36,741 nt of DNA from a virus (taxonomy: Duplodnaviria > Caudoviricetes): positions 1 to 36,741 of the IMG/VR virus record IMGVR_UViG_3300014775_000538; one strand, written 5' to 3'. The notes beneath the pieces are model-generated. The model did no database searches. It saw only the letters and a program-made list of their open reading frames with translations, and was not told the DNA's origin. A program made the position numbers and the translations under genes. This document shows, piece after piece, positions 26,532 through 34,281 of the stretch; position 1 is the stretch's first letter; each line of letters starts with the position of its first letter.

Positions 26532-26770
26532 TACTTACCTTTACGCTTACCGCCTTTGGCTTTTTTGGCGTAATTAGGATCTTTACAATATTTCGATGCT
26601 GCTAAATTTGCGTAAGCACTAGGATAGGTATCAAACGTTCTTTCTGCCCAAGCCTTACCTTCTGGGCAAATTTTACTACCCTTTGACTTACGAGATACCG
26701 CTCCACCCTTTCTATAATACGTTACAGCACAAGGTGAAACATTTGATCCAGTTTTTACCCTAGATCCCAT
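26531..26770 (-). CDS. Small basic protein with YRKGG motif
   Basis: KICPEGKAWA...FDTYPSAYAN...SKYCKDP; Lys-rich. Confidence 0.7.
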   Translation of the reverse strand: MGSRVKTGSNVSPCAVTYYRKGGAVSRKSKGSKICPEGKAWAERTFDTYPSAYANLAASKYCKDPNYAKKAKGGKRKGK

Positions 26771-26771
26771 T

Positions 26772-26954
26772 TTATCCCCAAAGCTTGTGAATTAGCGGAG
26801 CAATAAAGATCATAAGAACCATTCCCCACATGGCTTTTTGAAGCCATTTTAGGTCAGCTCTCTGTTCATCTAAACGCTCTTCAATGCGTTGATAACGAAG
26901 ATCACATTTTTCTTCGTGGTTTGCTAGTTTAGCTAAAACGTCTTCTGGGCTCAT
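26772..26954 (-). CDS. Small coiled-coil plus transmembrane protein (60 aa)
   Basis: HEEKCDLRY...IEERL followed by hydrophobic MWGMVLMIFIAPLI. Start taken at ATG 26954 to avoid overlap with the upstream gene. Confidence 0.65.
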   Translation of the reverse strand: MSPEDVLAKLANHEEKCDLRYQRIEERLDEQRADLKWLQKAMWGMVLMIFIAPLIHKLWG

Positions 26955-26958
26955 ATTA

Positions 26959-27243
26959 TCACCATGCTTTACAGGACCAGTACCTTGCGGAAAACTTATC
27001 TTTCGCGGTGTCACAACTGTGACGCGCTCTAAAGCTTTTTCTACGGCTTGGTTGGTCTTTTTTAATAGACATGTTTGGATCACCGAATCTAACCAACTTA
27101 ACCTCATCACCCTTTTTAGCGAGGACAGCAGATTTTTTTGGTCCGTTTGGTGTTCTTTTGGGTTTGTTATATCCAGCAAAAGTCTCTCCTCGATAACTTA
27201 TTCGTCCAGAAGGAAGCCTTTTAACATTCTTAGTAGAAGCCAT
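26959..27243 (-). CDS. Small basic conserved phage protein
   Basis: GYNKPKRTP...LVRFGDPNMSIK...RRKSFRARHSC...SARYWSCKAW. Confidence 0.75.
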   Translation of the reverse strand: MASTKNVKRLPSGRISYRGETFAGYNKPKRTPNGPKKSAVLAKKGDEVKLVRFGDPNMSIKKDQPSRRKSFRARHSCDTAKDKFSARYWSCKAW

Positions 27244-27983
27244 TATTGCGTTTCCTCAATTAAAATAGCTTGCCAAGAAGCAGAAATAGCGTTGTTTTGG
27301 TTTTTACTACAAATAGCTCTAACCTCAACGTCCGCTTTTTCAGGTACTTTTAAAGGTAATTCAAACTCAAACTGCAAGTGATCTCCAATCAAATCAAACT
27401 TATATGCAGTTCTAAACACAGAACCCTGCTCTCTAACCACAAAACGACAGGTCATGTACGCGCCAGAAGTATCCGTACCGTGAGTTGCAGTACCTTTTTC
27501 TATGTACATGGTCTTACCTGCCGGTACGGTGTACACCGCCATCAGGGTTTGATTTTCACCGGCGGTAATACGAGCATACGTAGTTCCACCATTAGCAATG
27601 TTGATATTGCCTGCGGGAGCCGTGGCACCCGTAATGTATGCTCGGTAAACTCGTAAAAAGGTTTGTGTCGTGGTATACGTTCCCGAACCATTTAAGGTAA
27701 ACGCCTCGGAAACTTCTTGATAATCAGCATCTAAGCCAAAAATAATCCCCGTAACCCCAGCGTCCGTAGCGCCACTAGCACTTGTGGCAGTCATCGCTAA
27801 AGCTGAAGATGGGTATGAATAGATACCCCCACCGTCCCAAATTGTTTCATTTACGTTAATAATCAAAGGATTATATCCGTATTTAAACAGTTGAGTATGA
27901 TAGGTTATCTGCCCCCTAGATACTTGAATTTCAAACGGCTCTGTGGTTCCTACACGAGAAATAGAACTAGTTTCACGAGCCAT
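27243..27983 (-). CDS. Putative virion structural protein (beta-rich)
   Basis: FKYGYNP...ETIW...FLRVYRA...NQTLMAVYTVPAG...PEKADVEVRA; lies in the structural operon. Confidence 0.65.
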   Translation of the reverse strand: MARETSSISRVGTTEPFEIQVSRGQITYHTQLFKYGYNPLIINVNETIWDGGGIYSYPSSALAMTATSASGATDAGVTGIIFGLDADYQEVSEAFTLNGSGTYTTTQTFLRVYRAYITGATAPAGNINIANGGTTYARITAGENQTLMAVYTVPAGKTMYIEKGTATHGTDTSGAYMTCRFVVREQGSVFRTAYKFDLIGDHLQFEFELPLKVPEKADVEVRAICSKNQNNAISASWQAILIEETQ

Positions 27984-27994
27984 AGCAGTGCCCC

Positions 27995-28270
27995 TTAACT
28001 ATAAAATATAGTCATAGCGGTGATATTAGTAGCCGTATCGACTTCAATATCACTAGTAAACAAAAGACCTTCGTCTGGAATGTTGACCGAGTGAGAATCT
28101 GAAGCTAAGAAATCAATATCAAGAATTGTTGATCCCCCGCTACCATCTGTCAAAGTCAATCGTCCAGCACCCGCACCAGTCAATACCTGAACCTGGCGGA
28201 GTCGGGCTCGACCTACCGAAGCCGAGCCTGTCCCGGTCAGACGTTTTGATTTTACGTCTGAATTAGCCAT
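27995..28270 (-). CDS. Small putative virion protein
   Basis: SD GGGG; beta-rich with IPDEGLLF motif; lies downstream of the capsid genes. Confidence 0.65.
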   Translation of the reverse strand: MANSDVKSKRLTGTGSASVGRARLRQVQVLTGAGAGRLTLTDGSGGSTILDIDFLASDSHSVNIPDEGLLFTSDIEVDTATNITAMTIFYS

Positions 28271-28280
28271 GATTTACCCC

Positions 28281-28724
28281 TTATGAGAGGTTGTTGTTCT
28301 GTAGATAAAGAACAGTTACCGTAGCTGCACCCGCTGTAGCAGCAGTTCCAGACTGATTGTAAGTCACTGTTACGTTTACATCAGAAGAACCGATATCAAT
28401 CAGATTTGGGATCTGAGACACGTCTGATGTAGCAAGAACTCTAGCAGCACTGCTGACATCTAGGTTATCAGCATATTCGTTAGCTGTTGAGCCGTCACCA
28501 AGATCAAACGTATTAGTTGTTCCTGCATCAAAGGCAGTCGTTACATCAACCGCGATTTGATAAATTTGACTATTGGCAGGTAGCGTTGCAACAACGGTTT
28601 CTGTGCCGTCTGCACCGAAAACAACGTTTGCACTTTGTGCCATTAGAACAAAACCGACGTTGGCAGATGCGCCTTCGCGGACTGAACCGGCCTTAATAGG
28701 ACCAGAAAAAGTAGTAGTAGCCAT
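28281..28724 (-). CDS. Putative capsid-associated/decoration protein
   Basis: Start MATTTFSGPIK at 28724 with SD AGGAG; LPANSQI...VTTAF beta-sandwich pattern. Confidence 0.7.
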   Translation of the reverse strand: MATTTFSGPIKAGSVREGASANVGFVLMAQSANVVFGADGTETVVATLPANSQIYQIAVDVTTAFDAGTTNTFDLGDGSTANEYADNLDVSSAARVLATSDVSQIPNLIDIGSSDVNVTVTYNQSGTAATAGAATVTVLYLQNNNLS

Positions 28725-28730
28725 GTTTTT

Positions 28731-28775
28731 CTCCTGTCGTGGCAAATGTCAGTCGCCCCATGCGACTGTCAGGAT
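28731..28775 (-). ncRNA. Structured RNA element downstream of the major capsid gene (candidate Mu-gpT-DE-like motif)
   Basis: Minus strand UCCUG-A-CAGUCGC-AUGGG-GCGACUG-ACAUUUGCCACGA-CAGGA forms nested stems, and the outer stem covers the SD. The position fits the described context of Mu-gpT-DE; identity is not verified. Confidence 0.5.
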
Positions 28776-28801
28776 ACCTATAGAATACAAAACTTTAACG
28801 C

Positions 28802-28832
28802 AAAAAGAAAGGGATAGTTTTACCTATCCCTT
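28802..28832 (-). terminator. Rho-independent terminator after the major capsid gene
   Basis: AAGGGATAG-6 nt loop-CTATCCCTT followed by TCTTTTT on the minus strand. Confidence 0.75.
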
Positions 28833-28874
28833 CCTAAACCTTAAATATAAGATTTTGTCTTATATTACATTGGT

Positions 28875-29783
28875 TTATGCAGCACCTGGGGTACCGAAGA
28901 CACAACGCCAGTCAGAGACACCGAAGCTATAACGCTCACGTGCCTTGAATCGCATGTTACCGGTGTCAAAGTCACCTTCCATTGCCGTCTTGATTGGCGA
29001 ACGGTTGAAGTACTTGAAGCCGTTAGGTGCGTCTGTCTTAATGAAGAATGCGTCTGTATCCGTTAGGAAGTGGTTAACCACTGCGCCTTCAGGAATCATT
29101 CCCATGCTCTTCATTGCGTTTGTGTCGTTGTCAGCAGTTCCTGAACGTAGGTTAGAGTTGATAACCCGCTCTGCAATGAATTGCAGCTCTTTAGGGATAA
29201 TCAGCTTTGTACCACGAACAGCGATCTTTAGACCACGCTCATCGGTAAGACCTGCAATGTCAATAAGCATCTGCTCAAGAGAAGTCTCGTTGAGGTCAGC
29301 CGCTGTTGACAATACGTTACGCTGGTTACCAGACATGCTTGGATGTGCTGATGAGCAAAGAGCTGCACCGTCACCTACAGGGTAGCTTGTGTTGAACGCA
29401 TTGTTCAAGATAGAAGCTGCCTTGATCTGCTTTGTCTGAGCCATTGAACGTGCAAGGGCTTTGGTGTACCGCGAAGCAAGACGATCATAAAGGTTATCTT
29501 CGATAGCCTCTTCTGTGATCGAGAATGCAAGCGCGATTGTTTCGTGAGTGTAACGAGCTGTAAATGTCTCTTGTGCATCGTCAAAGCTGATGGCTCCGCC
29601 TTCGCTCTTAACAGGTGCAGTTGAGAATCCAGCGAGCATTACTTCCTCTTCGAAGGCTCGGTCAGATGACTCTTCTTCAAAGATTTCAGAATGCTCATTT
29701 TCGTAACGGTTATATTCGAGCCCGAACAAGGCATTAAGGCCGGGTTCTAGCTCTTTCGCCAGTTGTGCGCGAGAAATAGCCAT
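28875..29783 (-). CDS. Major capsid protein (Mu gpT-like, HK97 fold)
   Basis: 302 aa; MAISRAQLAKELEPGLNALFG, SDRAFEEE, ALAFSITEEAIEDNLY and KARERYSFG motifs. Follows the scaffold and decoration genes, has SD GGAGG and is followed by a terminator. Confidence 0.88.
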   Translation of the reverse strand: MAISRAQLAKELEPGLNALFGLEYNRYENEHSEIFEEESSDRAFEEEVMLAGFSTAPVKSEGGAISFDDAQETFTARYTHETIALAFSITEEAIEDNLYDRLASRYTKALARSMAQTKQIKAASILNNAFNTSYPVGDGAALCSSAHPSMSGNQRNVLSTAADLNETSLEQMLIDIAGLTDERGLKIAVRGTKLIIPKELQFIAERVINSNLRSGTADNDTNAMKSMGMIPEGAVVNHFLTDTDAFFIKTDAPNGFKYFNRSPIKTAMEGDFDTGNMRFKARERYSFGVSDWRCVFGTPGAA

Positions 29784-29796
29784 TTTTTATCCCTCC

Positions 29797-30447
29797 TTAA
29801 ATACCAGTTGAGTTCGCAGTTGTCTGCGAATCAAAACTTCGGGTTCCAGCGTTAAAGTGAGCGTTCAAGCGAACAATGAGTGGAATACCAGCAGCAGTGT
29901 AATCGCTGTTAGCCTCATCGTCTGCAATGCCAACAATACGCAATGGTAGCGTAGCTGTTGTAGCAACTGAAGACACACTTAGCGCACTTGTTGAGCAACC
30001 GTTATCAGTACTACCTGAACGAGCAGAAGTACCTAGCGAAGCGTTAGCGAATACTGTAGCTAGAGCTGTTGCACGGTTAGTCAATGATGCGTCAGACGCA
30101 ACTTTAAAGAGTTGGTTAGGATCGTCAGCAACAAACGCCTTTACAGGGTAGTTTGTGTCAACGCTAACAGATGCCGAACCAGGCCAGTAGTTAATCCATA
30201 CAGGTTTTTTCTGTACAGAGTCATGGTACTCAACGCCCATCAGTACACCAAGCGCTTGCGTAGTTCCACCTGCGGTGTCACCAGCTTGATCAATAACTCC
30301 AGATGCCGTAGGAACGCAAATAGAGTATTGATAAATAGCGTTAGTGTTGTTAGAAGCAATCTCATACTGAGTAACCCCAGTAGAGTTTGCAGCGCTTCCA
30401 ACAAGCCCGATAGGACGAAGACCATAGGCAGTGTTTGTATTTGCCAT
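29797..30447 (-). CDS. Putative capsid decoration/minor capsid protein
   Basis: MANTNTAYGLRP...GVLMGVEY...DDPNQLF...LPLRIVG; directly upstream of the major capsid gene with SD AGGAG. Confidence 0.65.
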   Translation of the reverse strand: MANTNTAYGLRPIGLVGSAANSTGVTQYEIASNNTNAIYQYSICVPTASGVIDQAGDTAGGTTQALGVLMGVEYHDSVQKKPVWINYWPGSASVSVDTNYPVKAFVADDPNQLFKVASDASLTNRATALATVFANASLGTSARSGSTDNGCSTSALSVSSVATTATLPLRIVGIADDEANSDYTAAGIPLIVRLNAHFNAGTRSFDSQTTANSTGI

Positions 30448-30480
30448 GATATTTTCTCCTAAAAGGGCAGCCCTACTTTA

Positions 30481-30951
30481 TTATTTTTTCGGACCACCAA
30501 AAGTTACACGAGATTGACGATCAGGTTTATTAATCGTCATGGTTGAATGGGAATTTTCTCGCATCATATCGTGATCCACTGCGTCGATTTGATCTTGACT
30601 TCTTTGTCGGAAGTACTCAGTTCGCTCTTCAACAGTTTCAACAGGAATTCTAGCGAGAATCAACCCGCCCTGACCAAAGACACCCGTATATTTACCCGAT
30701 TCAATAACAGGGGCTTCAAAATCTGGATATTCGTCTTTACGAACCAGTTCATAGCCTTCCCGCATTTTTGCGCTAACGTTTTTAGTATCATCAAAGCCTC
30801 GTGACTCAGCACGAATCCATCGATGTCTAAACCCGTCAGGTGCAGGTGGTGCATCTAGTACAGAGGGTGGAGCCCAAGGCTTACGCACAGCCTTCTTCTC
30901 CCTGGTATTACTTGCGCGGGAGCTTCTATCGATTTTTGTATTCTCAGTCAT
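30481..30951 (-). CDS. Conserved head-module protein
   Basis: WAPPSVLDAPPAPDGFRHRWIR...REGYELV...GGLILARIP. Confidence 0.7.
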   Translation of the reverse strand: MTENTKIDRSSRASNTREKKAVRKPWAPPSVLDAPPAPDGFRHRWIRAESRGFDDTKNVSAKMREGYELVRKDEYPDFEAPVIESGKYTGVFGQGGLILARIPVETVEERTEYFRQRSQDQIDAVDHDMMRENSHSTMTINKPDRQSRVTFGGPKK

Positions 30952-30956
30952 CTCTA

Positions 30957-31826
30957 TTACTCCTTCACGTATTTCGCGTATTCTTCAAGTGGCACACCCA
31001 ATTTTTTCGCTATTGCGACTTGGCTCGGGGTGAGACGAACCTTTTTCCCACTGCGCCCAGTTGTGGCTGTTCTTGAGGCTGAAGCAACCGTCTGAGCGGG
31101 TCGTTTGCTTTGGCCTTTCAACTTATGCGGAAATTCCTCCGACATTCGTCGATCTAGCTCAGTATAGTACTCATCACTTTGCGGGTCAAACCCTTCATCT
31201 TCAATAAGTTTTTTATGAATACCAAAAACCGCATACGTCATGGCTTGATCCTGACCAAACCACTTGTTTTTCACGGCCCACTGTTCGGCTTTAGGATCAG
31301 GTCGCTTAGGAGCAGCTTTTTGTTGTTGAGCCGCTTGCTGCTGATACTGAGCCTGTGCTTGCATTTGTTTAGCATAAGCTTCTTGCTGGGAACGAGCTTG
31401 TTCCGCCCTATCCGCCTGAATAGCCAAAGCTGTGATTTTGCGTTGTGCTTCAACCGCAGCTTTAGTATCGCCAAGCTCCATAGCCCTAGATAGCTCATTT
31501 TCAGCTTGTTCCATCTGAGCCGTAACTCGTGTGGAAAACTCAGATACATAGCTAGTATCTAGGTTATCCATACGTTGTTTTAGTTGCTGAGACTCGGTTT
31601 GGACCTGTCTTGCGTAATTTATAGCCTCCTGCTCCCTACGTTCGGCTTCACGCATTTTCTTGGTAAGACGATCAATTCTTTTCTGAGTCGCAGACTCAGC
31701 TTTCTTAAATTGATCATCAGAATCATCCGTATTATCAGAAGCTTCTACCTGATTTTCCTGTTCAGGAACCTCAACTTCTGTATCCGGCTCATTGTCTACT
31801 TCATAATCTTTTTCTTCTTCAGCCAT
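30957..31826 (-). CDS. Putative scaffolding protein
   Basis: Acidic N-terminus, long coiled coil (QKRIDRLTKKMREAERRE) and C-terminal LTPSQVAIAKKLGVPLEEYAK; lies upstream of the capsid genes. Confidence 0.72.
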   Translation of the reverse strand: MAEEEKDYEVDNEPDTEVEVPEQENQVEASDNTDDSDDQFKKAESATQKRIDRLTKKMREAERREQEAINYARQVQTESQQLKQRMDNLDTSYVSEFSTRVTAQMEQAENELSRAMELGDTKAAVEAQRKITALAIQADRAEQARSQQEAYAKQMQAQAQYQQQAAQQQKAAPKRPDPKAEQWAVKNKWFGQDQAMTYAVFGIHKKLIEDEGFDPQSDEYYTELDRRMSEEFPHKLKGQSKRPAQTVASASRTATTGRSGKKVRLTPSQVAIAKKLGVPLEEYAKYVKE

Positions 31827-31836
31827 TATTTATTCC

Positions 31837-32262
31837 TTATAAGTGATGAATATCTTCTGGATCAAGAATAGTAGCTAGGATCTCGTCATCGTTAAGAATA
31901 CGAACCTCTCCACCATCTATCTGGAACCTAGACCCGGCATATCTGGCAAACATGACCCATTGCTTTTCTTGACACCAAGCGCCAGATGGGAATTTTTCCG
32001 TGTCTTTGTAAGCTAATGGACCAACACGAAGCACATAGCCAACCTGAGTTGATATCTGCTTTTTGTCTTGAACTTCGTCGGGTAGGAAAATCCCGCTCTC
32101 CGTTTTAGCTTTACCTTTATAAGGAAGTATAAGAATCCTCCAACCGGTTGGTTGAGGCATTCTGTCTATTAAGGATTTATCGATCAATTCTGGGTTTAGA
32201 ATTGGCTTATCTACATAAGCGTCAGCCAGATTTGGCTTCTCGTCTTTTACTTCTTCAGTCAT
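31837..32262 (-). CDS. groES: Co-chaperonin GroES (Cpn10) homologue
   Basis: PTGWRILI, KTESGIFLP mobile loop, VLRVGP, VMFARYAG and RILNDDEILA motifs. Confidence 0.9.
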   Translation of the reverse strand: MTEEVKDEKPNLADAYVDKPILNPELIDKSLIDRMPQPTGWRILILPYKGKAKTESGIFLPDEVQDKKQISTQVGYVLRVGPLAYKDTEKFPSGAWCQEKQWVMFARYAGSRFQIDGGEVRILNDDEILATILDPEDIHHL

Positions 32263-32452
32263 TTGATTGCTCCTGTTTTTCTAGCAGGCCCTTGAGTTCC
32301 TGTTCCACGTGATTTAGGGAGTCCATGTTTCCCATTAGCTCACGATACTGCTCCATTGATTTAACGTTGCCGTATTGCAATAAATCTACAATTCCAGCTT
32401 TACGTTCACGAATAATTCTAAATACCGCTTCAGCTACATAGATTTCATCCAT
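32255..32452 (-). CDS. Small helical hypothetical protein
   Basis: Start at ATG 32452 with SD GAGGTG; overlaps the groES start. Confidence 0.65.
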   Translation of the reverse strand: MDEIYVAEAVFRIIRERKAGIVDLLQYGNVKSMEQYRELMGNMDSLNHVEQELKGLLEKQEQSND

Positions 32453-32522
32453 CGCACCTCGCATATAGTCTAATAAAATCGTAGATTATCTTATCATATC
32501 TCATACAAGATAAGCTATTGAT

Positions 32523-32972
32523 TTATGCTAATTCAAAGTGCGGAGCGTCTATAAACGGTCTTTTGTTCTGTGAACGACGTAGATCAACGTATTCATTCAT
32601 CAAATCTTCTGCTGGAAGACTAGATTCGGTTAAATCTTTATGCCACGCAGCACCCCAACGAAGAGATACATCTAATTCATGGGCAGCTTGACGCATTGCA
32701 TCAGCTATATCGTCATATAGCTTTAATTCCCAACTAACACGAGGCCCTACATACGCAACCAAATCAACGGCTCTACCTCCAATATGCTTGCTTTTTAGTG
32801 TATGACTGGCCCCTTTAGCGACTAATTCTTTCTGACGTTCCAGAGTTCTTAAACCCTCTGTCACGCCAAAGTCTACTTCCGTAATCTCAATAGCTCTCTT
32901 AACAACTTCAACTAACTTAGGATCAACACCTTTCAAACGATCTAAACTACGCTGCGAGAGCTGAAAACTCAT
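32523..32972 (-). CDS. Endolysin, peptidase M15 family (L-Ala-D-Glu peptidase-like)
   Basis: EGLRTLERQ, SKHIGGRAVD (SxHxxGxAxD), WG and DAPHFEL Zn-binding motifs. Confidence 0.9.
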   Translation of the reverse strand: MSFQLSQRSLDRLKGVDPKLVEVVKRAIEITEVDFGVTEGLRTLERQKELVAKGASHTLKSKHIGGRAVDLVAYVGPRVSWELKLYDDIADAMRQAAHELDVSLRWGAAWHKDLTESSLPAEDLMNEYVDLRRSQNKRPFIDAPHFELA

Positions 32973-33106
32973 CTACCCTGTCCTCGATATTTTTTGAAAT
33001 TACGCTTTGCATGTTTACTGCGCGGACGGGAGTTAACAGAACTCCCGTCTGACGTTTTCTTTTTTATCCTAACTCTTGGAGCAACCTCTAGTTTGATCCT
33101 TGCCAT
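32969..33106 (-). CDS. Small very basic protein ending KKYRGQGR (45 aa, not in ORF track)
   Basis: Translation MARIKLEVAPRVRIKKKTSDGSSVNSRPRSKHAKRNFKKYRGQGR; coupled on both sides (TAATG and ATGA). Confidence 0.8.
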   Translation of the reverse strand: MARIKLEVAPRVRIKKKTSDGSSVNSRPRSKHAKRNFKKYRGQGR

Positions 33107-33513
33107 TACCTAGCAACTCCCTTAGTTTTCTCAAAGCTACGAAGTCCACCAAGTCCTAACATACCCATGAGCACAGTCATCAACTGACCCATCTCGAAAT
33201 CAGGGAGAGCAGGTACTTCCATACCATAGGCAGCGAGACCAAAAATAGCCAAAGGCTGGATAACAAAATGATAAGCAAAGGCAGTGCCGCAAACCCAGCC
33301 CACAAATGGTCTCCATCCGCCTTTCCAAACAGAACTGCTAGCTGCTTCCGCTTTATTGACTTCAATTTGTGCAAGGGCAAGTTGTTGTGCATGCCGATCT
33401 GCCATGGTTGAAATTTCATGAGCTAGTTTCGCTTTCTGATCTTTGTCTTCAACAAACTTATCCAGTAAGCCTGTTACTGGTTCGATTAAAGAACTTAAAA
33501 AAGGTAACGCCAT
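33106..33513 (-). CDS. Holin (3TM GTA-holin-like)
   Basis: LLDKFVEDKD, EVNKAEA, GWRPFVGW and MLGLGGLRSFEK motifs; adjacent to the endolysin. Confidence 0.85.
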   Translation of the reverse strand: MALPFLSSLIEPVTGLLDKFVEDKDQKAKLAHEISTMADRHAQQLALAQIEVNKAEAASSSVWKGGWRPFVGWVCGTAFAYHFVIQPLAIFGLAAYGMEVPALPDFEMGQLMTVLMGMLGLGGLRSFEKTKGVAR

Positions 33514-33522
33514 ACAACCTCC

Positions 33523-33897
33523 TTATGGGCACTGACAGACTTTAGCCATACCCTTAGAAATACACCAGGCTAAACCCATGCTCAAAAGACCTGTAATTAC
33601 AGACTCAACCAGGCTCGGCGCATGAACCGCATAGTCAGCAACCGTAGCACCAGCACCAATCATCGCGGCTTTTACATAATGATCATCCGCTTTTTCCTTA
33701 GCTACAATCATCCCAGCAATAATCAGTATTGCACCTAACAAACCTGTTTTACCAGCTGTAAACAAATGCTTTGCGCTAAACAACTTCAGCAAATTACCCT
33801 GCGTCATAACTACCGCACAAGAAACAAAAATGGCCGTCCACCTCTTGGCAAAAACCATCTTGTACTCATTCCACTTTTCCATCGCTACAGAAAACAT
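33523..33897 (-). CDS. Multi-pass membrane protein
   Basis: Several hydrophobic segments; SD GGGAG. Confidence 0.65.
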   Translation of the reverse strand: MFSVAMEKWNEYKMVFAKRWTAIFVSCAVVMTQGNLLKLFSAKHLFTAGKTGLLGAILIIAGMIVAKEKADDHYVKAAMIGAGATVADYAVHAPSLVESVITGLLSMGLAWCISKGMAKVCQCP

Positions 33898-33909
33898 AAC
33901 GTCTCCCTT

Positions 33910-34080
33910 CTAAGCCACAGCTTTCTTGGCTTTCTTGGCTTTTTTAGTTTTTGGTTTCTTGGATTTACCCGCAGTAGATAAGGCTATAGCGACCGCTTGA
34001 TCTTGCTTATAGCCCTCTTCCCTTAATTTGCGGATATTACTGCTTACGGCTTTCTTACTTTTACCCCTTGTCAGAGGCAT
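33910..34080 (-). CDS. Small basic protein (QAVAIAL motif, Lys-rich tail)
   Basis: Translation MPLTRGKSKKAVSSNIRKLREEGYKQDQAVAIALSTAGKSKKPKTKKAKKAKKAVA; start taken at ATG 34080. Confidence 0.75.
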   Translation of the reverse strand: MPLTRGKSKKAVSSNIRKLREEGYKQDQAVAIALSTAGKSKKPKTKKAKKAKKAVA

Positions 34081-34279
34081 GGTAACACCCGTAAAACTCT
34101 GTACCTTTGATCGCGGCTCCCGTTCCACGCATCTTCATGCGCTTACGAGTATCCACGGCCATCGGAGCGTCTGCTGTTTTGCCATAAGGAATGCGACCTT
34201 GCTTATCAATTTGAGCGTACTCAACGGCTTTAGGTGCATCTTTAGGGGCTGACCCCATATACTTTACTCGACCTTTCAT
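34061..34279 (-). CDS. Small basic hypothetical protein
   Basis: SD AGGAG; MRGTGAAIKG motif. Confidence 0.7.
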   Translation of the reverse strand: MKGRVKYMGSAPKDAPKAVEYAQIDKQGRIPYGKTADAPMAVDTRKRMKMRGTGAAIKGTEFYGCYHASDKG

Positions 34280-34281
34280 GA

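Noticed and set aside
28731-28775. Possible hammerhead ribozyme (CUGA-containing multi-stem)
   Set aside because: It lacks the CUGANGA and GAAA core; kept only as a generic structured element.
30460-30480. Short inverted repeat agggc/gccct upstream of the decoration gene
   Set aside because: The stem is too short and the loop too tight to support a terminator call.
34061-34128. Possible programmed frameshift joining the two overlapping small basic ORFs
   Set aside because: No slippery heptamer or stimulatory structure was seen. A simple 20-nt overlap with a start at 34080 explains it.
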